A DNA stretch of 64,000 bases from Planctomycetota bacterium (GTDB lineage: Bacteria > Planctomycetota > JAMOSO01): the NCBI GenBank assembly GCA_027063065.1, contig JAMOSO010000003.1, positions 1,524-65,523 of the forward strand, in the 5' to 3' direction. Positions 22,114 to 30,505 of this stretch are shown in pieces. The notes under the pieces are model-generated. The model saw only the letters and a list, made by a program, of their open reading frames with translations. It was not told the origin of the DNA and did not search any database. Numbering within the stretch: the stretch's first letter is position 1; every line of letters starts with the position of its first letter. The position numbers and the translations under genes are program-made.

Positions 22114-22647
22114 TTAGAACTTTTCAACCTGCCAGAACTCAAGTTCGACAGGCGTGGACCGACCAAAAATTGGAACCATTACAGTCATAGTACCCTTCTC
22201 ATGATCGATTGACTCAACCGATCCTTCATAATTTTCAAACGAACCTTCCATAATACGCACATTATCTGAAATTTCAAAAATAGCTTTAGGCTTTGCCTTT
22301 TCAGCTTGAAAATCCATATCAGATTCAATACGCGCAATTTCGTCAGGACCCATAGGCACTGGCGCATCTCCACAACTATCTATAAAACCCGCTAAATTAG
22401 GGATATCTTCAAGAAAAAGCTGTGTTGTATCGTTGAATTCCATTTCTACTAAAATATAACCTGGAAAAATTTTGCGTTCAAAAACGCGTTTTTTACCAGA
22501 TTTAATTTCAGAAAGACGCTCTGTAGGAACAAGAATTTTACCTATATAGGTTTGTGCTTCTGATCCATCAAGACGAGCCTCGATAGCTTCTTTTACATCA
22601 AATTCACGATCTGTATAAGTTCGTAGGGGGTACCAATTTTTAGCCAT
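22114..22647 (-). CDS. nusG: transcription termination/antitermination factor NusG
   Basis: 177 aa, NGN + KOW domains (WYPLRTYTDREF…, …VRIMEGSFENYEGSVESID…). Confidence 0.9.
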   Translation of the reverse strand: MAKNWYPLRTYTDREFDVKEAIEARLDGSEAQTYIGKILVPTERLSEIKSGKKRVFERKIFPGYILVEMEFNDTTQLFLEDIPNLAGFIDSCGDAPVPMGPDEIARIESDMDFQAEKAKPKAIFEISDNVRIMEGSFENYEGSVESIDHEKGTMTVMVPIFGRSTPVELEFWQVEKF

Positions 22648-22656
22648 TTTGTCTCA

Positions 22657-23055
22657 CTATATATTTCGGATTATATCCATCAGTCTAGCCACACCATTGT
22701 CCACTACGTAAACGTAGCTACCAAACAAGACACACAAAACAATAACTACAATCGTAGAATTGAATAAATCTTTTTTGGACGACCATGATACTTTGGCCAT
22801 TTCAGATTGGACATCAACCAGAAAATCAACGCATCTAGGTTGTACCTGCGTGCAATAAAAACCTATAGCCAAAAAGACTACAACAATAGTTACTGCACCA
22901 ACACCACCTAAGCTGACGGGATTACCTGAAACCATACCAAGCATAACATCACTAAACCAAGTATTAAATTCATTTGCAGCAAGTAGCGCAAAAAGTAATA
23001 CTAAGCCTAAAACGCCCCATCTTGATATTTTTCCGTGTTCTGGTTTTATAATCAT
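22657..23055 (-). CDS. secE: preprotein translocase subunit SecE (long form with extra N-terminal TM helices)
   Basis: 132 aa, three hydrophobic segments, conserved C-terminal SecE region. Position between rpmG/tRNA-Trp and nusG. Confidence 0.8.
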   Translation of the reverse strand: MIIKPEHGKISRWGVLGLVLLFALLAANEFNTWFSDVMLGMVSGNPVSLGGVGAVTIVVVFLAIGFYCTQVQPRCVDFLVDVQSEMAKVSWSSKKDLFNSTIVVIVLCVLFGSYVYVVDNGVARLMDIIRNI

Positions 23056-23084
23056 TTAGTTATCTCAAGGATTAACAAGAAAAA

Positions 23085-23157
23085 CAGGAGTGGAGGGACT
23101 CGAACCCCCAACAATCGGATTTGGAATCCGGCGCTCTACCATTAGAGCTACACTCCT
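23085..23157 (-). tRNA. tRNA-Trp (anticodon CCA)
   Basis: Reverse complement reads AGGAGTG-TA-GCTC…GAGC…CCGGATTCCAAATCCGA…GGTTCGAGTCC…CACTCCT-G. 7-bp acceptor stem, anticodon loop TTCCAAA. No encoded CCA. Confidence 0.85.
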
Positions 23158-23168
23158 AGTTATAATTC

Positions 23169-23321
23169 TTATTTCTTCTTGCGCTCCTTATGCATGGTGT
23201 GGCTTCGGCAAAACTTACAAAACTTCTTAAGTTGGAGCTTTCCGGGTCCCTTGAGCTCTTTCTCAGTGTAGTAGTTGCGTTGCTTACATTCACCGCACTC
23301 TAAACAAACAATGTCGCGCAT
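23169..23321 (-). CDS. rpmG: 50S ribosomal protein L33
   Basis: Not in ORF track. Reverse translation gives [50 protein letters not shown] (50 aa) with the C-x2-C…C-x2-C zinc ribbon. Conserved tuf-(tRNA-Trp)-rpmG-secE-nusG position. Confidence 0.8.
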   Translation of the reverse strand: MRDIVCLECGECKQRNYYTEKELKGPGKLQLKKFCKFCRSHTMHKERKKK

Positions 23322-23331
23322 TATATGTCCT

Positions 23332-24525
23332 TTACTCTACGATCTTACTTACTACGCCAGCGCCAACGGTTCGTCCACCTTCGCGGATAGCGAAACGTAG
23401 ATTGTCTTCCATAGCAATTGGGCTAATAAGTGTAATGATAAGTTTTAGATTATCACCAGGCATGGCCATTTCAGCATCACCCATAAGGTCTGCTGAACCA
23501 GTAACGTCAGTTGTACGGAAGTAAAACTGAGGACGGTAACCATTAAAGAAAGGAGTATGACGACCACCCTCTTCTTTTGAAAGAACATAAACCTCAGCTT
23601 CAAATTTAGTATGAGGTGTTACAGTTCCTGGTTTAATCAAACACATTCCACGTTGAATAGCATTTTTATCAACACCACGAAGAAGAAGTCCACAGTTTTC
23701 ACCTGCTTGACCTTCATCTAATTCTTTATTGAACATTTCAACACCAGTACATGTTGTTGAAAGTTTTTCATCACGAAGACCAATAATATCAAGAGGATCA
23801 TTAATCTTAACGATTCCACGTTCAATACGTCCAGTAGCTACTGTTCCACGACCCTTAATAGAGAAAACATCCTCTACAGGCATCAAGAAATCTTTATCAG
23901 TATCACGAACTGGTTGTGGAATATAGCTATCTAAAGCTTCCATCAATTCAATAATACATTTTTGTGCATCTGGATCAGCTGGGTTTTCTGAAGCTTTTAA
24001 GGCAGAACCAGGAATTACAGGAATATCATCACCTGGAAAATCGTATTTGCTTAACAATTCACGAATTTCAAGTTCTACCAATTCCAACAATTCTTCGTCA
24101 TCAACCATATCAACTTTGTTTAAGAACACAACAATCGCTGGTACACCAACTTGGCGAGCCAACAAAATGTGTTCACGAGTTTGAGGCATAGGGCCATCAG
24201 CAGCTGATACCACGATGATAGCTCCGTCCATTTGGGCAGCACCAGTAATCATGTTTTTAACATAATCGGCGTGGCCTGGACAGTCAACGTGTGCATAGTG
24301 ACGGTTTTCTGTTCCGTATTCTACGTGTGAAGTTGCGATTGTGATACCGCGATCACGTTCTTCTGGAGCATTATCGATCGAACCAAAGTCACGCTTTTCA
24401 GCTAGACCACGTTCAGCTTGAACCATGCAGATTGCGGCTGTTAAAGTTGTCTTTCCATGGTCAACATGACCAATGGTACCTACATTACAATGAGGTTTAG
24501 ACCTATCAAATTTTTCTTTTGCCAT
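23332..24525 (-). CDS. tuf: elongation factor Tu
   Basis: 397 aa, [22 protein letters not shown] motifs. Near-universal EF-Tu sequence. Confidence 0.97.
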   Translation of the reverse strand: MAKEKFDRSKPHCNVGTIGHVDHGKTTLTAAICMVQAERGLAEKRDFGSIDNAPEERDRGITIATSHVEYGTENRHYAHVDCPGHADYVKNMITGAAQMDGAIIVVSAADGPMPQTREHILLARQVGVPAIVVFLNKVDMVDDEELLELVELEIRELLSKYDFPGDDIPVIPGSALKASENPADPDAQKCIIELMEALDSYIPQPVRDTDKDFLMPVEDVFSIKGRGTVATGRIERGIVKINDPLDIIGLRDEKLSTTCTGVEMFNKELDEGQAGENCGLLLRGVDKNAIQRGMCLIKPGTVTPHTKFEAEVYVLSKEEGGRHTPFFNGYRPQFYFRTTDVTGSADLMGDAEMAMPGDNLKLIITLISPIAMEDNLRFAIREGGRTVGAGVVSKIVE

Positions 24526-24602
24526 TTTTTCTCCTACTTTAAAAAAAGTGGCTTGAATTACAAAATATATTTATTAGAAGCGCTACGCGTAATAGCTGTA
24601 AA

Positions 24603-24677
24603 TGGAGCTGCTGATGGGATTTGAACCCATGACCTCGTCCTTACCAAGGACGTGCTCTACCCCTGAGCCACAGCAGC
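24603..24677 (-). tRNA. tRNA-Thr (anticodon GGT), CCA encoded
   Basis: Reverse complement GCTGCTG-TG-GCTCAGGGGTAGAGC…CCTTGGTAAGG…GGTTCAAATCC…CAGCAGC-T-CCA. Confidence 0.85.
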
Positions 24678-24684
24678 TCATGAA

Positions 24685-24758
24685 TGGAGCGGGTAGAGAG
24701 AATCGAACTCTCGTCGCTAGCTTGGAAGGCTAGAGCTTTACCACTAAGCAATACCCGC
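24685..24758 (-). tRNA. tRNA-Gly (anticodon TCC)
   Basis: Reverse complement GCGGGTA-TT-GCTTAGTGGTAAAGC…CTAGCCTTCCAAGCTAG…GGTTCGATTCC…TACCCGC-T-CCA. Confidence 0.85.
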
Positions 24759-24763
24759 ATAAA

Positions 24764-24848
24764 TGGTGGGGAGAGCAGGATTCGAACCTGCGAAGTCGAA
24801 GACAACAGATTTACAGTCTGTCCTATTTGGCCGCTTTAGTATCTCCCC
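24764..24848 (-). tRNA. tRNA-Tyr (anticodon GTA), long variable arm
   Basis: Reverse complement GGGGAGA-TA-CTAAAGCGGCCAAATAG…CAGACTGTAAATCTG…variable arm…GGTTCGAATCC…TCTCCCC-A-CCA. Confidence 0.85.
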
Positions 24849-24858
24849 AGTTATTATC

Positions 24859-24934
24859 TGGAGCCTCCAGTCGGATTCGAACCAACGACCTGCGGTTTAC
24901 AAAACCGCTGCTCTACCAACTGAGCTATGGAGGC
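24859..24934 (-). tRNA. tRNA-Thr (anticodon TGT)
   Basis: Reverse complement GCCTCCA-TA-GCTCAGTTGGTAGAGC…GGTTTTGTAAACC…GGTTCGAATCC…TGGAGGC-T-CCA. Confidence 0.85.
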
Positions 24935-25002
24935 ATTTCTTCATTTTAAAAGAGCTGTTGCTCAAGAGCAACTTTCCACTCGCCTTGCTTATGGAGGCGC
25001 AA

Positions 25003-25030
25003 ATAATAAAACTTTGAGCATTATAGTCAA
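25003..25030 (-). promoter_or_regulatory. Candidate sigma-70 promoter for the tRNA(Thr-Tyr-Gly-Thr)-tuf transcription unit (TTGACT-N16-TATTAT)
   Basis: Minus strand TTGACT (complement of 25025-25030), 16 nt, TATTAT (complement of 25003-25008), about 60 nt upstream of the first tRNA. Confidence 0.4.
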
Positions 25031-25080
25031 GAGTTTCTTTTCTTTTTTTTGATTTTTTTTGATTTAAACAAAAACATTAT

Positions 25081-25110
25081 AAAAAAGCCCCTAAAAAGGG
25101 GCTTTTTTAT
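25081..25110 (-). terminator. Bidirectional intrinsic terminator (agcccct-aaaa-aggggct flanked by A6/T6) downstream of the Na/Pi transporter gene
   Basis: Perfect 7-bp GC-rich stem, 4-nt loop, U-run on either strand. Confidence 0.7.
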
Positions 25111-25139
25111 ACGACAACACGATTTTTAAATTAATATTT

Positions 25140-26840
25140 CTACAAAACACCAGATCTTGCAGATGCAATATGAACTAAATGATCATTGATTTTTCGATAA
25201 CTAACCAAAACATCACTGTAACTTGTAATTAATAATGGATTCATTTTTTGCTCAGACACCTGAGACCAATGATTAGTCCTATATTTACGTATCTCTTTCT
25301 TAATAGCCTCACCTTCAGTCTCAGCAGTCACAGACACAACAGAAACCGCCTCATCATCTGCTGAAATAATCTTTTTAAACAAGCTATTTAGCCTGTCATT
25401 TAAGCTTTTCATTTCAACCATTTGATAACCTAAAAAGCCCAAACCATCTTCTCGCAACCTTATACATAATTTTAAAATTTGTGTTATATAATCGCTTACA
25501 GACTCATATTCGTCTGCCAACACCAAATGCGCACTTGATTCTTCTATCAATTCATGACTTAACACATCACCACGCACATCAGTAATAAATGCAGTAATTT
25601 CCTTCTGAACATTATCTAAGATATTTTCACGTTCAAATATCTTAGAAGCAGCCACATCATCATCGACATCTTCAAGAACCGCTTTTAAGTTATCCATCAT
25701 CTCCTGAGTGCGAACACCCATTCTGTCAATTTCAAACTTACTTCTTTCTATTGCAGCCCACCCAGTTTCAAAATCAGCAAAATCCAACCCTGTCAAATAA
25801 TGTTTATCAGACCCTGGCGAATCTGGAACTATACGCTCTAAAAATCGCGCAATAACTCTAACGAACGGCAAAAAGATTATAACATTTGCAATATTAAATA
25901 CTGAATGTACAGTAGCTATACCAATAGTAATGGACGTGTACTCTTTTACCCCCATTTCATCAACCTTAAACGCCATAACATCAGGTATTCCAGAAAATTT
26001 AGCCAACAACCACTCTATGCCAGGTATATAAATTGGTATAAAAATAATAGTCATAACAAACACACCTACCACATTAAACAACATATGAAAGTAAGCAGCT
26101 CGCCTAGCATTTGCCGCAGCGCCAATGGACGCCAACATAGCTGTAATGGTAGTACCTATGTTTTCTCCCAACACCAAAGCACCTGCCGTTTGAAAATCAA
26201 GCAAACCCTGTGTTGCCAACGCAATAGTAATTCCCAAAGTGGCAGATGAAGACTGAACTATAAAAGTTAAAATACACCCAACCGCTACACATTTTAAAAC
26301 GCCAAAGTAAGAATTAGCATGAAAAGTATTAAACCAAGCCTGAAATTCAGGCAAACTTTTCATTGGCTTAAACCCGTTTTTCATAAGCTCTAAACCAAAA
26401 AAAATCATTCCGACACCCATTATCGCCAAGGCAATATATCTAGTACGCTCACGTTTACTGAATAGATAAATAAATGCACAAACACCCAAGATAGGCAATC
26501 CATACTTACCTATCTTCAACGCTAAAACCCAACCTGTTATCGTAGTTCCTATATTTGCACCTAAGATTACACCCATAGCCTGATGCAAAGCCATAATCCC
26601 AGAATTTACAAAACCAATCGCCATTACAGTCGAAACAGATGAACTCTGCACAAAACACGTAACTAAAAGACCTGTAATAACTGCAGCAATCCTATTATCC
26701 GTTACAGCGCCAATCATCCTCCTCAAAGATGGACCAGTAATGGTTTGCAACCCTTCTGACATATATCGCATGCCCAAAAGAAAAATACCCAAACCACCCA
26801 CAAGTGAAAATGCCATTTTCATCAACAAATCAGTATCCAT
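25140..26840 (-). CDS. Na+/phosphate cotransporter family protein (NptA/YjbB-like) with C-terminal PhoU-like domain
   Basis: 566 aa. Two internal repeats of the Na/Pi-cotransporter signature (…QSSSVSTVM…, …QSSSATLGITIAL…), multiple TM helices, hydrophilic helical C-terminal third. Confidence 0.8.
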   Translation of the reverse strand: MDTDLLMKMAFSLVGGLGIFLLGMRYMSEGLQTITGPSLRRMIGAVTDNRIAAVITGLLVTCFVQSSSVSTVMAIGFVNSGIMALHQAMGVILGANIGTTITGWVLALKIGKYGLPILGVCAFIYLFSKRERTRYIALAIMGVGMIFFGLELMKNGFKPMKSLPEFQAWFNTFHANSYFGVLKCVAVGCILTFIVQSSSATLGITIALATQGLLDFQTAGALVLGENIGTTITAMLASIGAAANARRAAYFHMLFNVVGVFVMTIIFIPIYIPGIEWLLAKFSGIPDVMAFKVDEMGVKEYTSITIGIATVHSVFNIANVIIFLPFVRVIARFLERIVPDSPGSDKHYLTGLDFADFETGWAAIERSKFEIDRMGVRTQEMMDNLKAVLEDVDDDVAASKIFERENILDNVQKEITAFITDVRGDVLSHELIEESSAHLVLADEYESVSDYITQILKLCIRLREDGLGFLGYQMVEMKSLNDRLNSLFKKIISADDEAVSVVSVTAETEGEAIKKEIRKYRTNHWSQVSEQKMNPLLITSYSDVLVSYRKINDHLVHIASARSGVL

Positions 26841-26989
26841 ATTTCCTCACAATACAATTAAAAAATCCTTAAACTCATTCAATTTTATAGATTAATTAAC
26901 ATCTAACAAGTTATTTATATATTTAAAATGAGGAACTAAAAAACGCCAACTGACAAATAAAAATCAAAAAAATAAGTTTTATACAAATA

Positions 26990-27022
26990 CAAAAAGGGTG
27001 TTCCGCCAAAGCGAAACACCCC
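26990..27022 (-). terminator. Intrinsic terminator downstream of flagellin gene (gggtgttccgc/gcgaaacaccc stem with one mismatch, followed by T5 on minus strand)
   Basis: Inverted repeat 26996-27021 about 90 nt after the flagellin stop codon. A-run on plus strand 26990-26995. Confidence 0.6.
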
Positions 27023-27110
27023 TTTCAAGGCGCGGTTGCACATATTTAAAATATTATAAATTCCACTTGTTCATAAACCGCGATTTACAAACAAATAAAA
27101 CAATTAATTA

Positions 27111-28595
27111 TTAACCAAGTAACGACAAGACTGACTGACTCATAGTATTTGCTTGCGACATCATCGATGTACCCGACTGCATCAAGATCTGATTTTTTGT
27201 AAATTCCATCATCTCTTTGGCAAAGTCTACGTCACGAATTCTACTTTCAGAAGCTGTTAGGTTTTCATTCGTAACCCGCAAAGATGAGATATTAGCATCT
27301 AAAGTATTTTTCTGAAATGCACCCAACTGCGAACGCTGACTTGACACATCAGCAATAGCCAAATCAATAATCTTTACCGCAGCATCTGGATCTGTAGACA
27401 AATCATTATCTCCACCAGATTTCAAAGTAGACAAAAAGCCACTTCTAGCATTACCATCACTATCTACAAACAATGTTTTAGTACCTAATAATGTAGAATG
27501 AGAAGACGCTATCCCCACTACTTTTTGCTCGTTAGGATTAGTGTTTGGGCCTAACTGAAAAGTCATACCACTTTCATGCACTACAAAAGTTCTACCTTTT
27601 GTACCGGTTCCACCATCTCCAACACTAGAAGAGGAGCTTCCCAACAACTCTATTTCACCAGTAAAGAATGTAGATGAAACGTTTAAAAAATTGCCCGATG
27701 CCGAGCCAGACATACCATTTACTGTAGCCTCAGCATCTAACCCATCATCAAAATCCTGTGTCCCAACAGTGGAAACATGAAACATATCAGCCGTACCTTC
27801 TAATACCTCAACTTCAATTCTAGCGTCACTACCAAAATCGGTAGACCATAAAGTACCATCTGTATTTGCTCTAATTCCTGTATTTTCACTTAAAGCATTA
27901 ATACTATCAACAGCTTGAGCTCTAGTTTGATCTTTACCAAAAGATATAACCTCAGATCCTTCTTTTCCAGAAAATCTTATAGTAACATTTTTAGTGATTG
28001 GATCAGGAATTTCATCAGTATTAACCGCACGCTCTGAAACTCTCGATACAGCCACATTTATAGAAATTGTACTTGCAGAACCAAATTGTAAACCCCTAAT
28101 TGTTGTGCCACTTAAATTTGTTGCTGGACCTGTTGTGCCACCAATATTTGTTGTAATCCTAAAATCCTGCGAACCATCCAATAAACGCTTACCAGAAAAT
28201 CTAGTTGAATTTGCAATACGATCTATAGTTGCTATAGCAGAATCTACCTCATCCTGATTAGCCCTTATTTGCTGATCATCCATACCACCAGTATTTGCAG
28301 CCTCCACAGCCAAAACCCTAATATTTTTCAATAAAGTATTAACCTCACTTAACGCACCTTCTGCAGTGCCTATAATATTTGATGCGCGTTGAGAGTTTTC
28401 AATTGCTTGATCCATACCTCCGATTTGCGCTCTTAATTGCTCTGAAATAACCAAACCCGCAGGTTTGTCAGAAGCTCTATTAATTGCAAATCCTGAGCTT
28501 AACTTTTCTAGAGAACTATTCATTTTATCATCAGTTCTCAAAAGTTGATTGTGCGCATTGATTGATGCCACATTGTTGTTAATGCGTAGTGCCAT
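27111..28595 (-). CDS. flagellin
   Basis: 494 aa. Conserved flagellin N-terminal domain (MALRINNNVASINAHNQLL…LEKLSSGFAINRASDKPAGL…) and C-terminal domain (…QRSQLGAFQKNTLDANISSLRVTNENLTASESRIRDVDFAKEMMEFTKNQIL…). Strong AAGGAGG RBS. Confidence 0.95.
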   Translation of the reverse strand: MALRINNNVASINAHNQLLRTDDKMNSSLEKLSSGFAINRASDKPAGLVISEQLRAQIGGMDQAIENSQRASNIIGTAEGALSEVNTLLKNIRVLAVEAANTGGMDDQQIRANQDEVDSAIATIDRIANSTRFSGKRLLDGSQDFRITTNIGGTTGPATNLSGTTIRGLQFGSASTISINVAVSRVSERAVNTDEIPDPITKNVTIRFSGKEGSEVISFGKDQTRAQAVDSINALSENTGIRANTDGTLWSTDFGSDARIEVEVLEGTADMFHVSTVGTQDFDDGLDAEATVNGMSGSASGNFLNVSSTFFTGEIELLGSSSSSVGDGGTGTKGRTFVVHESGMTFQLGPNTNPNEQKVVGIASSHSTLLGTKTLFVDSDGNARSGFLSTLKSGGDNDLSTDPDAAVKIIDLAIADVSSQRSQLGAFQKNTLDANISSLRVTNENLTASESRIRDVDFAKEMMEFTKNQILMQSGTSMMSQANTMSQSVLSLLG

Positions 28596-28745
28596 TGTAT
28601 CCTCCTTGAAGAATGTTGTTTACAGCTGGGTATCCCTATCCAACTGGCGACCATAAAAGAAACATCCTTGTTCTTACAGGTCTAGTTATAAAAAAAGAAC
28701 ATGCTAAAGACTTGCTTATTTCAAACATTTGCCTTCAACACCCAA

Positions 28746-28774
28746 CTTATCGGACATAGAAAATAAACCTTTAG
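28746..28774 (-). promoter_or_regulatory. Sigma-28 (FliA)-type promoter for flagellin: TAAAGgTTT-N11-tCCGATAA
   Basis: Minus strand CTAAAGGTTTATTTTCTATGTCCGATAAG. TAAA-N15-(t)CCGATAA spacing is exact versus consensus TAAA-N15-GCCGATAA. About 140 nt upstream of flagellin ATG. Confidence 0.7.
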
Positions 28775-28990
28775 AAAAAAAATAAATCTTTTTTAAAACA
28801 TCTTTTAAGTGTCAAATACAATTTATACAGAATAACACACAATATTTAGTGACATTTTTTGGCACTGCCAGAACCATGACGACAAAATATGTCACAAGAC
28901 AAGTGACGTTTTTTGTCAAACAACAACTTTTCATATACCGCTTAAAACATAAACACCTACCAACAAACAACTTATCTAATTTGTATGTTT

Positions 28991-29006
28991 TTGGCACGAT
29001 ATTCTC
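28991..29006 (+). promoter_or_regulatory. Possible sigma-54 -24/-12 element upstream of pilin gene (TTGGCACGA…, -12 region degenerate)
   Basis: TTGGCACG matches the -24 consensus YTGGCACG perfectly. Expected -12 TTGC is TCTC (2/4). 45 nt upstream of pilin ATG. rpoN is encoded 1.5 kb away. Confidence 0.3.
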
Positions 29007-29050
29007 TATAAGAAAACTGTTAATTTCACATCTTTTAAAGGAGAAAAAAA

Positions 29051-29758
29051 ATGATGATGAAGAAAAAAGCATTCACCCTAATCGAGTTGATGATCGTTGT
29101 AGCTATTATCGCTATTATTGCAGCGATTGCGATCCCCAACTTACTAGCCGCAAAAATGAGCGCTAACGAAACAGCCTCTATCGGTAGTTTAAGCGCCATT
29201 AAAAATGCCGAAACTTTGTACGCAGAGCGAGATATTGATGGCGACGGCAAAGGCAATTACTGGAATTTAAACATTTATGGCCTTTACTCTATCCAAAACA
29301 ATGCTGGTACTGCCATTAAACTAATTCAAGACCCTGCCACTGCTATGTCAGATACAAGCACTGTATTGACAAAAGCTGATGCTGATGCCGCTTTCGTTGC
29401 AGCTGGCGCAACTGCAGCCCCTGGTTATGGCATCGCTTATGTAGCCGCCAACAAAGCCCCTAAACAAGGTTACTACATTGCAGCAGGTACCGACGGTTGG
29501 GATACAAGCACAGATTCTTCTGTAGCCTTAGACTGTGTTACAGGTGGACAATATGTATTCAGTGCATATCCAGAGAAATACAATTCTACTGGCGTAATGA
29601 CATACATACTTAACCAACAAGGCGTTGTATATCAAGGTGATTTAGCCCAAGGTGCAGCTGTAGCTAAATGGCCTGCAGAAAACCCTCAAACAGCATTGTT
29701 AACTGCTACAAATGCAGGCGTATCAAACGCTACTGCCAAATGGCAAGTTGCTAAATAA
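29051..29758 (+). CDS. type IV pilin / major pseudopilin-like protein (prepilin-type N-terminal methylation domain)
   Basis: 235 aa. MMMKKKA|FTLIELMIVVAIIAIIAAIAIPNLLAAK… is a class III signal with Glu+5 (Ala rather than Gly at -1). Only one Cys. Good RBS (AAAGGAG). Own terminator. Confidence 0.85.
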   Translation: MMMKKKAFTLIELMIVVAIIAIIAAIAIPNLLAAKMSANETASIGSLSAIKNAETLYAERDIDGDGKGNYWNLNIYGLYSIQNNAGTAIKLIQDPATAMSDTSTVLTKADADAAFVAAGATAAPGYGIAYVAANKAPKQGYYIAAGTDGWDTSTDSSVALDCVTGGQYVFSAYPEKYNSTGVMTYILNQQGVVYQGDLAQGAAVAKWPAENPQTALLTATNAGVSNATAKWQVAK

Positions 29759-29787
29759 TAACTAAGTTAGTACAGCTTAAATAAAAA

Positions 29788-29816
29788 AGGTCGCTATTAT
29801 TAGCGACCTTTTTTAT
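29788..29816 (+). terminator. Intrinsic terminator after pilin gene (aggtcgcta-ttat-tagcgacct + T6)
   Basis: 9-bp perfect stem, 4-nt loop, followed by tttttt. Confidence 0.8.
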
Positions 29817-29893
29817 TTAAGCCATTAGATATCCTATTAAAATCTAATAAATAAAATGTTGACCTCCCTATGCTTTCCGCCACAATACCACGC

Positions 29894-30505
29894 ATGCAAA
29901 GCATTCACACTTCATCAATTGAACAACTAATAGAACAGTTTCAGACTCTACCAGGGGTTGGCAAACGTAGTGCAGAAAGGTTTGCTTACCACATTTTAAA
30001 GACCCCAACCAATGATGCTATGAATATGGCCAGAGCCATCAGAGATGTAAAACAAAATATTCGCAATTGCAACTGTTGTTTTAATATTACTGAAGATGAT
30101 TTATGCACCATCTGTAATAGTTCTAAACGTAACCAACGCCAATTATGCGTTGTGGAATTTCCAAAAGATCTATTTAGCATCGAAAAATCTGGACTATACA
30201 ACGGCGTATACCATGTACTGTTAGGAAAACTATCCCCCCTTGATCATATTGGCCCTGAACGATTAAAAATTGCTGAATTATTTCAAAGATTAAAGCAAAA
30301 TGAATTTGACGAAATAATCTTAGCTACAAACCCAACTGTGGAGGGGGATGCAACTAGCTTATATATAATAAAAAAAATAAAGGAACTAAACATCAGCACC
30401 CATATCAGTAGGTTAGCACGAGGTATTCCTGCAGGCGCAGAAATCGAATTTGCATCAAAAGCTATGCTAAGCGATGCTCTTTCCAAAAGACAAGGTATCA
30501 ATTAA
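29894..30505 (+). CDS. recR: recombination protein RecR
   Basis: HhH motif (LPGVGKRSAERFAYHIL), C4 zinc finger (CNCCFNITEDDLCTICN), Toprim domain. ORF track begins 8 codons upstream (29870), but the conserved RecR N-terminus aligns to the MQSIH… Met. Confidence 0.85.
   Translation: MQSIHTSSIEQLIEQFQTLPGVGKRSAERFAYHILKTPTNDAMNMARAIRDVKQNIRNCNCCFNITEDDLCTICNSSKRNQRQLCVVEFPKDLFSIEKSGLYNGVYHVLLGKLSPLDHIGPERLKIAELFQRLKQNEFDEIILATNPTVEGDATSLYIIKKIKELNISTHISRLARGIPAGAEIEFASKAMLSDALSKRQGIN

Noticed and set aside
25041-25075. Short direct repeats (tgatttttttt x2) and other A/T runs near the terminator at 25.05 kb
   Set aside because: Only two short copies with no spacers of defined length. Not a CRISPR array or mobile-element terminal repeat. 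Simple AT-rich slippage-like sequence.
28860-28870. TGGCAcTGCCA as a possible second sigma-54 promoter
   Set aside because: Has TGGCAC but no GC at the -12 position (GG-N10 gives AC). More likely half of the repeated GTGACrTTTTTTGkCA motif than a promoter.
28812-29256. ORFs 28812-29072(-), 28849-29166(+) and 29035-29256(-) in or overlapping the flagellin-pilin intergenic region
   Set aside because: Overlap the pilin promoter/5' end and each other. Low-complexity translations. The region is better explained as regulatory DNA plus the pilin N-terminus.
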